A stretch of DNA of 60,321 nt, filler included, from Sphacelaria rigidula (taxonomy: Eukaryota), in the NCBI GenBank assembly GCA_964200075.2. It is 9 parts of 9 records of this genome, joined end to end, with 100 filler letters (N's around TTAATTAATTAA, not from the genome) between each part and the next. Parts side by side here need not be neighbours in the genome. Positions count along the whole stretch, not along the records: positions 33,571 to 40,183 come from CAXNAA020019061.1; positions 40,284 to 46,896 come from CAXNAA020019062.1; positions 46,997 to 53,609 come from CAXNAA020019063.1; 6 more parts are not named here. One strand, 5' to 3'. Positions 36,233 to 49,994 of this stretch are shown here, in pieces; position 1 is the stretch's first letter, and the number at the start of each line of letters is the position of its first letter. The position numbers and the translations under genes are program-made. The notes under the pieces were generated by a model. It saw nothing but the letters and a program-made list of their open reading frames with translations. It searched no databases and was not told where the DNA came from.

Positions 36233-39129
36233 TTACTGCTCCACGTAAACAGCGGTGGCGGGCGGCACCTGCCGGTGCGTTCTCAACAGCGCGACAATCC
36301 TGCACACGTCACTATTGCCGCTGTGACCCACAAACAAAGCTGCCCTGGACATCAGTAGCAGATCAGCCATCTCCCTTACTATCCGCTCGTATTCCTGTAG
36401 ATGGATTTTCGGCGAGCACGCGGTAGCGGTGGGGGGAGGCTGACGTTGAGGGGAAAAGTTCCTGTAAAATGGACAACAGACCGTGGTTTTGTCGCAAAAC
36501 ACGACAAGCACTCTGGTTGGAGTACATGGAAGCACAGTACAGCGGTAACGTTTGTGCCCACTCGGCCAGCTTGAAAGTCTTTGATTCTGGTATTTCGATA
36601 TATTCAACTGCATAGGCCAGCGGCGACTCTCCAATCCGGAACACAATCTGCAGCGAGCCCACGCGGACACAGACAGACACTTCTGCAGCAGCAAAATATT
36701 CGCAGCTTCTTGTTTTTCAATCCTCACCGGGCTTGAAGCTACAGCATTATTCGGCAGGCCTCCCTCATCCCATTCGCTCCGTCCCAATGAGATCCAGCCG
36801 ACTTGATCGGGGCCCACCGCCGGGAAGTATCGTTGCACCAGATCCTTCACCTCTTCAGTAGCTGTGCCGTCGCTAGAACTGACCCAAACCCCTCGTACAT
36901 CTTCCGCGCGTATTTCAGTCGAAGACGCCAAGCTTGACTTCGCAAGGGCGAGGTACAGCTGCAGCGAACGTAGACCAAGAGCGCGGAAAGGGTGGGAGGA
37001 CATTATCCATGTATGATGTATAATACATGAATAATTGACCCGTGTGCAGACAGTATTTGAACAAAAGAAGTGATGGCTGGAATATGGCACGGGGAAGAAG
37101 TATCACTGATCGACTCAACTCGTGGCGGAAGGAAGACCCATCAAAACGGCATTAATATGAATACTAGCGGAGGTGTTGAGTAGTTGTCCGACTGAGACAA
37201 CCTACAGAGCCCAGATCACCTCTTGGAGTGTATTTTGTTTTCGTGAAAGTTTGGACCTCTGTTTTGTCTGACTGTGCCGTCCGTGAAAGGCGTGCCTATA
37301 TATCCTCGCCCGGTGGAGTCAATTACGACAAGCTGTCCTCGCGACAACCGTGCTCCCACGTGAATACAAGAGTTCGTTCATTCTGTTCGAGCTGCCCTGA
37401 AATAGACTGCCCAACGAGATAGTATCAATCGTGACAGAAAAAGCGTCTCCCGACTCACCTTGCAGGCCACAGCGATATTGAGTACCCGAAAAGGCAAAGG
37501 GGTCTTCCAACAGAGGGAGTAGTACAATAGTGCGCACTTTAGGCATGACCCCAAACGTGAAACCGCACTTGCAAAAAAACATTACCAGCATTCACCCCAA
37601 ACAGCACTAGCAGCAGAATGAGAACAAACCGACAACGGTAGAAGCAGAAGCAGCAGCGGCAGCAACACCAACAACATGTCAAAAACGCCGGGCAGTAAAC
37701 AGCATGGCATCATGCAGTCACCAGGCTCACCTCAACCTCGATAAGCCAGAAGTCGTCTTCTGCTTCTCCCCCTCTTTTGGCCGCCCCGTCTATCTGGAGG
37801 GCCAAAAATGGGCCCTTCTTTACCCCTCGGGGTTGCGACGCCAGGACCGCCTTCATGTCCTCTTTCAACCACAGCTGAACCCGATTCCACAAAAACACCT
37901 TCGATAGCACCTGCGCAACAATACACAGAACAGGATGTGTGAGAATTGAGAGGGGGCTGTAGGGGTGCGACGCGTGGTAAAATCTGCAGAATATGCTCAA
38001 TAACAAAACAAACAAACAAAAGATTGTGAGATTGAAGCATGTGATGTTATTTTCAATCACAGAAGAACTTTGGGGGGACCCCGAATACTATCACAAGGGA
38101 TGGCATCGAACAACGAAAAGGATTGAACGCGCACGGGTTCAGCATCTCTGCGTATCCTGCAAGATCATATGTTGCATTGAATCTGAGGAACGGAACAACA
38201 AACCATCAAAACTTGAAAAGCTGTCGAGGAGCAGCACCCGATCAATGTTTTCGCTGAAAAAAGAATGCTCGTGGTGATGCCATTTCTCACGGCAAACAAG
38301 AAAAATCTTCCGTAGAAATGATTTTTCGGTCCTTCTTCGTTGTTTTACACCCTGAAAGAGAGCTAGGTGGAGTTTGACACCTTGGAATGATTTGCTCTAC
38401 TCGCGAAGACGGTTGCAGGACATCTTTGCGTTTTCCGGTACCCGCAGTTTGTTTTTCACAAACAAGCATTTTTGTCCAACAGCGGTCAAGAACGATCAAA
38501 TCTGGGAAGAACTGCAATCTTCCTCCGGACTTGGCCGTCTCTAGACAAAAACGCTCGTTTGGCCAACAAAGAAACTGCGGCCGCCGGAAAACGCGAAAAT
38601 GCCTGGGAATCGTCTCACCGAGTCGAGCAAGTCGTCCCAAGGTGTCAAATCCGCCGAGCCCTCTTTGAGAGTGTAGAACGACGCAGAAGGACCAAAAACA
38701 CATTTTTACAGCATTTTTTTTGTTCCCAACAAGAAGCGGCCTGACAGATGCTTCGCAAATCTCAACACGCCACGACGGACAGGATACATGCGTTGTAATG
38801 GTTTGTGCTCGCTTTGGGACCACCCTCTACAGTTACCACGCGCTGAGTACCTAGAAGCAACGGTTCGCGTTCAACGTGTCTGGCACTACATGTTGGGTGT
38901 CACACTTCGGATACTCGATTCTTCCCACCGCGGGGAATGATGAAAGGACCGATGCGACGGCTACAAGACAGCATACCTCATAGGCGGTGGCTTGGCTCGT
39001 GCCCATATCTCGAAGCCAGTCCGCGGAGCGGTGGAGGGCAGCCTGGTGCACCTCGTCAAAGGTTATTGCCGTCGAGGACTGTACGTCTAGGTCGCTGGCT
39101 CCGCGCTCCGTCATGAACCCTCCCCATGC
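36233..39129 (-). CDS. GT23-family alpha-1,6-fucosyltransferase-like protein (FUT8/NodZ-like), last 4 exons, degenerate motif I
   Basis: Exons 39129-38977, 37910-37731, 36958-36728, 36394-36233; all phase 0 with CAG/GT sites. Motif II-like RGVWVSSSD and motif III-like ADLLLMSRAALFVGHSGNSDVCRIVALLR. The motif I position reads PFLALQIDGAAK. Confidence 0.75.
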
Positions 39130-40015
39130 CTGCCACAAAAAAATGAGATTCGGGATATTCGGCAGCGCTTTTGGCCCTCAGGACAGGAGATATTCCCCCA
39201 CCTCATGTCTCATACACGATATACTACTTGTATGCATGACCTTACTGACAAGAGTTCCCCCACCTCCGGTTCACTCACCACAGGGCTCCGAGGGGGTCGC
39301 ACACCGTCATTCGCCAAGAAGCACAACTGGACATGCAAGATGTAAAGGATGTCCTTCACATTTTTTGCATGATATCTTCATCGTGTTTCGGTGCCCTCAT
39401 CACCTTCGCAAGATTCGTACATCGTGTTTCACAATGTTTTTCACGCCCATAGTTGGAATTGTAGCAAAGCGACCGTTTACGAGAACTACTTTTGGAGCCT
39501 AGCGAAAGCGGCCTGATACTGACTGTAGATGGCTTCGGGAACCGTTCTTCTGTACTTTTTGGGCGGTCATATTCCTCAGTTTATGTATCTATCTCATCAG
39601 CTGTGTATCTTCGGAATCCCATATCTTCTTCTCTTCAACAGGTGAGGAAGTCATGATCCTAAGGATATGGAAACGAGCTTTCGAAACTAAACAATTCCTG
39701 CGATATTTCGCACTGATAAAGGTCATGTGGGGAAAAAAGAAAAACAAAAGATTTCCGAAAGTGTGTAATAGCTCACACGTCGGACAAATTATGAGCTACC
39801 TCAAATAACCACCCGAAGCGGACTCTCAGACCCGCTGTTCAAGAGCACAAAATAGGTGACAGGAAGGTCCGAGAAGTCAAAGCGCTACCTTTGCGCTACT
39901 CCGCGTGCCCGGCATTCAGCGCTGTAGGGATCAAGTATGGGAAAAGGGGCCAAATGAGCTAGCTCATGATCCGGATCATTACACTAATGAGGAGTAACAT
40001 TTAGGTAGATCAAGA

Positions 40016-40139
40016 AATAATGATGATGATAATAATGATGATGATAATAATGATGATGATAATAATAATAATAACAATCATAATAATCATAATAATCATA
40101 ATAATCATAATAATCATAATAATCATAATAATGATGATG

Positions 40140-40183
<44 letters not shown>
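40016..40183. repeat. Compound (AAT/GAT/CAT)n microsatellite
   Basis: Trinucleotide runs extending to the contig end. Confidence 0.95.
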
Positions 40184-42194
40184 NNNNNNNNNNNNNNNNN
40201 NNNNNNNNNNNNNNNNNNNNNNNNNNNTTAATTAATTAANNNNNNNNNNNNNNNNNNNNNNNNNNNNNNNNNNNNNNNNNNNNCCCCCCCCCCCCCCCCT
40301 CCCTCCCTTTCCCTTTGCGGCGTTGTAGCCCCCCACTGGGTTATGGTGCCGTGTCCCTTTGTGCTGAGTTCGCCCTCTTGGTGACTGCGTTTTTAGTAGC
40401 CGTGGTCACGTTTCTTGTCGCTGTCGTATTTATGTCCGTGTCTCCTGAGCATTCAGTGTTTTTTCTTGTCTTGGAGGTTTTTTACGCGATGAGAGGACTG
40501 CAGATGTAGCCCAGCCTCCCACATGTTGAGAATTTTGATTACTTGTTTTCCGGATGTGTTTGTTGTTGTCACTGCTCAACCCCCTGCCGCCAGCCAAGAG
40601 AGCTCGCCGCACGGGTTCTCCCTTACATCGTCTTGTTGCACGGGTCCTTGGCTACAATGTGTGTACTGCTAACTATACCGCCCTTGTAAGCCGTGTTTAT
40701 GCCCGACGACTGTTTTAGGTCGAGATGAGATACTGTATTTCGACAATTCATCTGGATGTATTCGTTTGTTTGTTCTACCCCTATCTCGTGGCGCAGCCTG
40801 GTCAGCTGGCGACACGGGTGCGTTCTCTTGTGTCGTTCCGTTGCTCGTGGTCCAGTGTTCCCCCGGGAATGACCAATCGTACCACCCTTGTTGTAGGCCG
40901 TATTTCCGCCGGACGATTGCTTTGAGTTGGGTACTGCGTTCTGACGAAGGCTCTTTCTAATTGACACCAAGGTTTTGCTCATAAACACGCGATAGTTGAT
41001 TCGCCGCGCTGAACGAAGAGTTCTCAGCAACAACCTTGGCTTTTGACCCTGAGTGTCTTCTTGGATGGGCTCGTGCCCACTCCCGCAAGATTTTGAATTT
41101 CGCACTTCGGGCACACCAAACCTGAACTTCGGCTGCATCCCCACTTTTATCTCCCTGTTGCTACGTAGTTCCCTCCCCCCCCCCCTCCTTATCGCATTGT
41201 ACTTCACGCTGAACGCCTTTTTCAAGGCAGGTTTGATACTTCAAACGCCCTGCCACGCTATACGCGACGGATGTGTCGGGACGAAGTCGGACAAAGACGT
41301 GGAGCTCACTTGGATCTGCGTCCGACTAGAGAGTTGCCGCGATGATATGCCGCACTGCCTTTTCCCTCCCCTCTTCCCGGGTTGTCTGGCATTCCCTCGG
41401 TTTTCCGTTGGTGAATAAAGCCCACGCGTGCGTACCATTCAGTGCTTTACTTTGTAGATGGACTTGCGTGTGTGTTGTCTTGTTCAACATAGATCGTGAG
41501 TGTCGCGTAGATACAACGTTTTCCTTCTTGTGGATTGAACGTTTGATGTGTCGGATCGCAGCGATGCTCGCCTATGAGAGGTGTGGGAGAGTAATTTTTT
41601 TTTTTTCGCTTCATGCTTTTGTACGAGTGTAGTGTGGAAGAGCCCTTTCTCGCAGAATTTTCAAGTTCCTCGGCAAAATTACATTTTGCCGAGGTGATCA
41701 TGATTCAACTGCATACATGGACTCGTCTAGGATGGGCTAGTGTGATGAAGCTCGGAGGCGTTGTAAGATATACGCTGTGCGGGTCTGCCCGTAGACCCTG
41801 AGTTCCGTGACGCGTTGTTACCGCGTTTGCTACTGTCATTAGTTAGGATTGTTCGGGAGCAGCCAGAGGCTGCCACGAGCCACCTCGATCAGTTACTGCC
41901 TTGCCTTAGTCTACCCTGGGCCATCACTACGCTCTGCTCCTATGGCTGCGCCGCGGCTGTACTGAGTAAGAGAACTGCTTATATAACATGATGCTATCAA
42001 CACGTGAGTTCCCGATCAGCAGTATACATGAATGAACCTGCGTGTATTATGCTTTGGTGAATAGCTAGATCTGTGTGATATTGCCACGTGGGCGCTTGGT
42101 GGGTTGGCACCATGGTATCCCCTGGCACTCATACTGAGAGACCCCAGCCAGTGCATTAGCTATCCCATCATTATGACAATGTGCTGAGACAGGC

Positions 42195-42420
42195 CCTCCG
42201 AAGGCTTCAACTCAAACTTGAAATAAGTGGCGCGCGGAGAAAAACCACAAAACATTAAAGCTGCGCTTTTTCGGTCCAAAATATGCGATCGAAAAGCACG
42301 AAGCGGCACTAGACTCCTATCTTACAGACCACCATGCCAGATAGCACCCGTTCACCACACCATGGAAACTCCACCCCACTCATTCTCAGCTACCACGAAA
42401 GTTATGAGCCGTGCACGAGA
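42195..42420 (+). repeat. Dispersed repeat, paralog of 15594-15800
   Basis: Direct alignment over about 200 bp. Confidence 0.7.
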
Positions 42421-44119
42421 TCCAAGAGGCGCGAGATGCCCATTCTGACCAATCACGATCGTCAAAATGAGCACGTTCTTCCAGTTCGGGTGGACCATAT
42501 TTATTTGTCTAAATCGCTACCGACCCCCACCACTAATTTTGGTCGTGGGAAATCAACCATAGATTACATGGGTAGAGTTTCTTTTTTGTATCATTCTCGT
42601 GGTCTACGCCGCCTGCCTGACCCCCCATGTGCTGCCGGCATAGCTTCACACTATCTGTAGTGTCGATGTTCAGCACGGGGCTCAGGCATCAGTAGCAGGC
42701 AGTAAATTGTGTTCGGTGGAGAGCGATGGCACACTTTCATTATCCTCTCTCTTGCCATGGTATCCGGTAAAGACATACAACACACATCCATACCGACTCT
42801 GCACGCAGTTGACTGCAGGGTCAAAACAGGTCTGGGGTTCTGCGAGACTATTTTCTATATAAATGACAAATATCCACATGGATCTTTCTCAAAGATCCAT
42901 TTGGAGAATCCTCGATGCCATTTCGGGATCTCCGTTAAGTTATCTCAAACTCGTGATCCAGGACTTCCTGAACTATTCGTCCAATGAAGCAGGATCGCCG
43001 AGTTTGATATACCTCTTGTAGGATGACCTCACCTGGCGGTGAAAGGGTCTCATCATCTGATGAATCACGATCGCTTTCACTTGAAAAATACACAACAAAA
43101 CAAACCAGGAGACGGTCAACCGACGTTGACATACATCTAACACGCGTCTTCCAGTAACGGCACGTCATCTGTTGAATCGGCATCAGTTTAACCTAAAAAA
43201 AAAGGAAAAAGATCAAGGTAGAAAATCATGGCGGCCTATGGGTTAACCCTTTTAACGCAAGGGTCGACCACCCGCTGAAACGGCATCAACGCTCACGTGA
43301 AAAAAGTAAGCATGCTCGAGATCGGCTACCCGCATCGCGGTCTAAGGATTGGAACCCCGTTTCAAGCTTTTATTTCAGCGAAAACATGCGCACGTTATGC
43401 GTACTCGGCATTGCAGCGTCTCCCAAAGTGATATTCGAACCTTTGGCCTCTCTACGGGCTACGCACAAGGTGCTAGCTACAAGCTAGCGATCCTGCCCCA
43501 CCCATCCTCTATCAGAGGCTGATATCTCGACTCTTGTACAACTGCGAAAATTTGACTTACTCTGGCGGCGTGTTATCGTCACGATCGCGTAACCCCTCCC
43601 GACCCCTTACTAGTGGTGCTGTCAACGTATGCGAACTGAGGGGGGGGAATGCGGCGGCGGCGTTTGAGCCACTGTCTAGCCCCAACGCCTCGCGACGTGC
43701 CCTCTCTATGTGTCGCAAGCCCCGCCCCTTCTCCTCCAGAACAACATGCATGCGTTTAGCCCGTGACGAGTCCACGGACCACACTGCGGCAGGGGTTTTA
43801 TATTTTGTTCATGGGGCTACTGGTAACACAAATATATGGATCTTCCCGTGAAACCCAAATCACCGGGGACCTGACTCGCAGAAACAAGTTGTTTGCAAGC
43901 AGGGACCATTTCGTGATCCCCCATCATTTTCACTACTTTATCATGTCAAAATGATACCGAATAACCGAATAGTGCGTCCAACAACTAGAGCAACCCCGAC
44001 AAAAATCACGGGACAAAAATGCAACCCCTACCCTTGCATCTCTCCCTCCTATATCCTGTAGACGCCCATTACCCATCGGGCATGTAGCGACATGTGGGTG
44101 AATATAGACCACGAAATGG

Positions 44120-44345
44120 GCATACACGTGACGTTTGATCTCTGGACCGCGTTGCGGATAGTCCATCTGTGTCACAACGTTTTTTTCAAGTGAAACTGAT
44201 GCCGATTCAGCAGGTGACCTACCGTCGCGGTCACAGGGTCAACCCTTAGACCGCGGTGCGGGTAGTCCATCTGGATCACGCATTCTTTTTTCAAGCGTAT
44301 ATGTTGATGCCGAGTCAGCAGGTGACCCACCATCATCGCGGTCCA
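44120..44345. repeat. Tandem ~105-bp units with inverted copies elsewhere in the contig
   Basis: TTTTTTCAAG...TGATGCCGA(T/G)TCAGCAGGTGACC occurs twice. Reverse-complement copies lie at about 43160-43200 and 46828-46896. Confidence 0.7.
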
Positions 44346-44401
44346 ACGGTTCAATGTGATAACAGACATTGATATGCCACATGCAGCCAAAGCCACCCCT
44401 G

Positions 44402-44739
44402 TTTATAAAATGAGGTTGATCAATGGAATGAGGTTTGGGGAGGGTAGCCAGTATGCGACAAAAACCCGAGGGAAGTACCGTCCGCAAGTGCCTTCGATCA
44501 TTTCCGGGAGGGTGGGGCGTACTCGTTTGTTGCTTGCCTCAGTCGTTTGACCATTGACCACGCCCCGTCTCGAAAGGTCGATAGTCAGACGACTAAGGCA
44601 AGCAACAAATGAGTACCCCCCGCCCCCCCCCGCCCGAAAATGATCGAAGGCACTTGCGGATGGTACATCCCTCGGGTTTTTGTCGCATACTGGCTAGCCT
44701 CATCAAACCCCATTTCATTGGTTAACCTCATTTTATAGA
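44402..44739. repeat. Inverted repeat with ~150-bp arms and a ~32-bp loop
   Basis: 44402-44551 is reverse-complementary to 44584-44739 (the ORF track shows SQYATKTRG...QVPSII on both strands). The arm end and loop recur at about 53730-53805. Confidence 0.85.
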
Positions 44740-45309
44740 ATCGCCTGTTTATTGCAGAAATGAAGACAACACCCCCATTAAAGATCAGGATTTGTGTGAA
44801 CAAGAAAGTGAAATTGAAATGAACTGACAACAGTAGGTCAGAAGTGCTCCCCCTAAAACGCCGCGACTCTCGGTAACACGTAGCAGGGGGGAGATTCGCT
44901 GGGGCGCTGTCAGGGGAAGGAGCACCAAAACATGACACGGCATCGTACAGGAGGGTCACAGAATGGACAATTCCGGCGTCAGCGCTCAATCTCGAGTGAA
45001 CACGACCGGAGCCACCGCCGCGCCACCGATCGGGTTATTCACTCTACCTGCCTATACCATGGCGTACAGTATCAACAATGCTCCGCTATGGCCAGGTGGT
45101 AGATGCCATGGTTACAATACGAACGTGCTCGGCTGTCCGCAGCGGCTGCTAAACATCACGCGGACATGAAGCGAGGAAGGGAGACTATCGGAGTCGATGG
45201 CTTCAATCCTACTATGCCCGAGTCACCGTCATTTTGGCACACCGCAACGTTTCCTGGATACGTTCATCCGCGTGGCGCGAACCCACGTCAAGGCTGGCAA
45301 CGGGGCAGC

Positions 45310-46771
45310 AGGTGATGAGGTACGTACTACAAGCTAAACGAGTGCCGAGGTTTCTGTCGCTCTTACCCTTAGTCGCGAGCTTCACACAATCCATGTAAAA
45401 TATTATACTTTCATAGATGAGTACACACCGCCGCCGTGAAGGGCAAAGCGTCACACACGGATCGCCCAACGTGCCGCACACTGACGATCACGAAGTGCTC
45501 ATGTCCCCAACCGCCCACCCCAATTGTGCCGAAAATGCGTTCTGATCAGAGTCACCTCCACACGCAAGCGCTGGAGGCGTTCGAAGAGGCCATCAAGCCG
45601 CTACTGGAGAGCAGCACGGCGTCATGGGCGGACGTTATGAACTGTACTATGTGGGTGAGATAAAGTATCCGGATGGGCAACTACACGAGGTCGTCAGCAC
45701 GCGGTATATGTAGCCCTTTTTCATATCGCATATCGAGGTTGGATGCGATGGTGAAGTAGCCTCCGCCGATGGCTTCACTCCAAGACGGGGCTGCATGACG
45801 TGAGCACGACTTGAATGATTGCAACACATGAAAAAACACCACTGCGGGTTCATCATCCGCACACTGAACGGGATACATGTTTTTGTTGCGGGCGCACATA
45901 ATCACAGGACCACGATCGGTTCGGCACCCCGCCAAAGACATCCATGGAAAAAAAGCCGTCGTTTGTCTCCATCCAAGGCCAGACACGGAGCGCCTTGTTT
46001 ATGATGGTCTACAGCAACGACTCTAACCTCCCGCAGCGATGCACCGGAGTCCTCGACAATACTACTCCACCGAGCACGACAGGTATGCAAATGTATTCGT
46101 GAGGGAGTGTGGCGCGCATCGCAACCGTGTCACAGAGAACAGATGGCCACCCATATGTCACATCTGATTCATTTGAGAGTATGTACACATATGTTCGCGT
46201 GCACCCACCCACCCGCGCGTGCCCGACGGAGTCAGAAATGGACGAGTTGAGACCAATCATGGAGAAGACGGCCCAACACCACCAGGGAATATCCGTGAGG
46301 GTTTACGACGTCATGAACCACGACGGAGCCAGGCGTGAAGTCCACGAGCAGCACGCCGCCGAGGAGCTGTCAAACGTGACGTTTGCGAATAATCACCCGC
46401 TCAAAATTCAGATTCGCGATCATGCACACATTTTCGGCTGGTGGTTGCAGTCACAAGTAGTCGTTGGTGGAGATATTATGCAACGGAAACATACCCGGAT
46501 TTTTACGACAGAGAAAAGATCCAAATATCAAAACTCCGACGCCACTGCAATACGCTCGAGCAGCAAGCAGTGGCCTCGTCACCATATCAATTTCGGAACA
46601 AGTCAAACACACGGTTGGAACCCCGCGGCAGATGTTCATCCACATCTTCATAACAACGATGGAACACATATGACGATTCAACAAATAACAGCCGATTGTA
46701 AATTCGGGGTTGAAACAAAAAATGAGGTTGAAGTCGCATTTCTCTATTGCAGGGAAGATAAGGAAGAGTAA
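45310..46771 (+). pseudogene. Decayed intronless coding region of unknown family
   Basis: Successive same-strand protein-like ORFs (45436, 45819, and 46109-46771 of 220 aa) broken by stops and frameshifts. No family recognised. Confidence 0.35.
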
Positions 46772-49700
46772 CACAGAGCGAAAGTATCTTCCTCCCCAAA
46801 CCTCCGCAGCAGGAGTTAGCCGTTAGATCGCGACAGAAGGTCACCTGCTGAATCGGCATCAATATTCACTTGAAAAAAGTACACGTGGTCCAGATGNNNN
46901 NNNNNNNNNNNNNNNNNNNNNNNNNNNNNNNNNNNNNNNNTTAATTAATTAANNNNNNNNNNNNNNNNNNNNNNNNNNNNNNNNNNNNNNNNNNNNAAAA
47001 CGACGTAAAAGCTCCAAAAAGACATTTTTCCGGGTTTTTATTTTTGTCTATTATAGGAAGCGGCCTAAGACACCCCATGAAATATCTTTGCATGCAGTGT
47101 GCAGATCTGGGGTTCGATCTAGACAAAAAGTGCTCGGCGAAAAAGTGGCCGTTGCGAGGGCGATCACTTTCCAGGAGTAAACTTTTGAAGAGTGATACGT
47201 ACTCGTAGTCATCTCCGATAAGAACCCGCCTTATCTCTTTGACGGCCAGGTAAGGTCATCTGGGTCATACATACATGTGTCTGAAAGTAATGATGCTGAT
47301 CCAATAGATGATGATCTACCCTGGCGGTCAAAGTGTAAAGGCGTCAAAGATAGCCGAAGGTTGTAACCCTGGGGTGTTTGATTCAGAGGGTGGTATACAA
47401 CGGAAGGGTGAAGTACGTTGTGTTCCATAACACATTAGCGTTCGCCACAGGCCAAGGCTTGAACGCACCTGCTCTCGAAGGTTACGAGCGACGAAGCCGC
47501 TCCTGGCGTGACGGCCGTGGTGTACGAGGCCCTTCAGAGTGGCATGTACGGGTTCTCTAGCTACGTGGTCTTGCAGAAGGTGAAGCAGCTGCTGGCCGGC
47601 TTGCCCTCCGGTTGTGGCATGGATCGTGCGCTCCAACAGCGACATGCTGACCACGATACAGTTCTTGGTCGTCCCGATCTATTCTTGTGGGCACAGTGAG
47701 CAGCTCTGCCACTGACTGTACCGTACCGCACGATAGTGTGCCGCTGCAATGGATTATGTCTTGTCGAGATGACACCACCTGGCCTCGTATAGAGCTCTGG
47801 CTTATGACCCAGCTCCTGCGCTTAGTTGTCGGCGTTCCAACCTGTGGCCTCCAAACAAACCAGCCTGCGCTGAACCTGTTGTATAAGTTTACCCGCAATG
47901 CAAATGCGCAACCGTTGCGCACACCAGTCTTGTCGAAAGGATGCCAGACGACTGAGGACTCCTCACCTGCTGGTAGCAGCCCAGCGACGAACGAGTAAAT
48001 TCAGAGTATCACCGTGTGGATGCAGGTACTGACCTCACCGCCACCTTCGCTGAGCTCCTCTCCACCACGGAGTACTCATTCAGTTGCCGATATTCCCATA
48101 TAACTTCATGTGCACTTTTCGTCCTAATGTTGTATTTGCTTGTTCAGACCCGCGATCGTAGAACCGATGGGTGCCCGGGTAGTCTACTACTCGTCTTCGC
48201 ACTACAATTATGTGCATGTAGATTTTTAGTGGATGCTATTTCAATGAAATTCTGGCAGTATAGGGAAATTAATTTTTTTTCAAGTAATTGTGCATGACGC
48301 AAGCCCTTCTTTTGACTTAAAGTTGGAGTACATTCGTCGGCCAGCGGGTCTGACTACTCGATCCAAAATCGAGTATATGCACAGGTACGTTCATCATGGC
48401 CGCTACGACTTGCTACAACAGTACCTTGCAGCAGCAGCCGAGACGGCGGTTGATCCAGTCGACATTGGAAAGGTAACTGAGGAGAGCATATAGCTGGAAT
48501 TACGTATCACTGAGCTTCTTGTTTCCAATGCTCCATTGTGTTCGCGTTGGAAAGAGGATAGATGCTGCTTTGACGTACCTAGGCGATTCGTTGAAGGAGT
48601 GAAGACCCGGCGCGCTTCGCGTGCATCCCAAAGTACTGCTGTGCACTCGTAGATACACCAATAGCAGCACGCTCTCTAGATATAAATCATGCCGCCTGAG
48701 CAGTGCAGCATGTGGTTGTGTCTATATAATCGAGGGTAATTATACAATAGTACATACAGTAAGTACCTTTGATACGGTGTTTGAACACTCGGTTTTGAAA
48801 AAAATAGTTTATCCGCTACTTCGTCTGAATTAGTGTTGCGTTATATATCACCCCCGAGGGAAGACGAAAGAGGGTTCGCGATCTCAATGACGCATATGAT
48901 AACGGAGCGCTTCTGCAATATCTCATCCTTTTTCAACCCCGAATCTTTCCCCCGTGCGGTCACGCCCACCTACTACGAACGGTAGATTGGGCGACAATCA
49001 TGTCGTCTTCGTCGACATACCGGCAGTTGATCCTGCGACTGCCAGACGGATTGAAGGAGAACATGCGACATAAGGTTGCCGCGGACGAGCGTTTGGATGG
49101 TGTAGACTTCACACCGGTCAAGAAGGGCAGTCGCAAGTGAGTATCGTAGACGACAGTGTATACCACGGGTATGTTGTATATCACCCCCCGAACGACACCG
49201 TCGGATGATGATTTTTTCATTTTTTTTGGCGCCATATTTGTATCTAAACAAAAGAGGTAGTCTATGGTTTTAGGACACAACCGAAGCATACCGCCAGCGG
49301 TTTATGAGCCCTCGCCTCTCTGAGACAGCAGAGTGCTCTGTCAACTAAGCTATGACGGTGCGTTGAGGACAGACAATGGTCAGGAGAGCTGACGGTGAAG
49401 ATCCCAGAAGTGGACTGCGACGTGCAGTGAGAGACGGGGGGCGAGCGGTACAAGCTCGCACCGTGTCTCGGACAAAAGACAAGCCACAAGCCAGTGAAGT
49501 TCACGGAAGATGCTTGTGGTGTGGTGTACAGTCAAGCTCACAAAATGTGAGCTTGATGGCATCGTGTGCGTTGGCTTAGATCTTGGAGCGTACATATTGC
49601 TCGATGGCTCCCAAGGTACGTAGGCATTAGCTCCGTAAGCGCGCTTCAAGGTTCAGCTTAATTTGGGGTTCTCGGGCTTTCGAAAACCTTAAAGAGAGCT

Positions 49701-49994
49701 TAAAATGTTTGAAAAGCTTATAATGTGCTCGAAACGCTCATAAAACTGCAATGCTTTTCCATGCGCCTCCTGCAGCCAGTGTATCAGCTGCTTGAAAGTG
49801 CTCCCCATGACCTATGGTGTGACTCGTTACTAGCTACTCGTCACCAGACAGGCTTCAATATTCTATACTTTAAACTGCCATGGTTGCGGGTCTGATCCGA
49901 AAAACGTTTCTGGTTGTGTTTCATATATCTTGTGCCATGGGGCCATTGTACATTGTACAGCGTACAACCTACAATGTTAGCTCATCGACTTCGT

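Noticed and set aside
36233..37090. 285-aa ORF as a single-exon gene
   Set aside because: It contains two GT23 exons plus intron sequence, with clear splice sites at 36958, 36728 and 36394.
37459..37540. Extra GT23 exon suggested by a minus-strand AAG|GTGAGT donor
   Set aside because: No clear acceptor, no motif I residues, and the flanking exons already join in phase.
40020..40235. Poly-Ile/Met ORF
   Set aside because: Translation of a microsatellite.
40623..41438. 200-aa minus-strand ORF with a purine tract and a ~45-bp direct repeat, possibly an LTR end
   Set aside because: No diagnostic domain or TG...CA boundaries could be established.
47378..49289. Several protein-like short ORFs
   Set aside because: No recognisable domain and no consistent splice chain; left uncalled.
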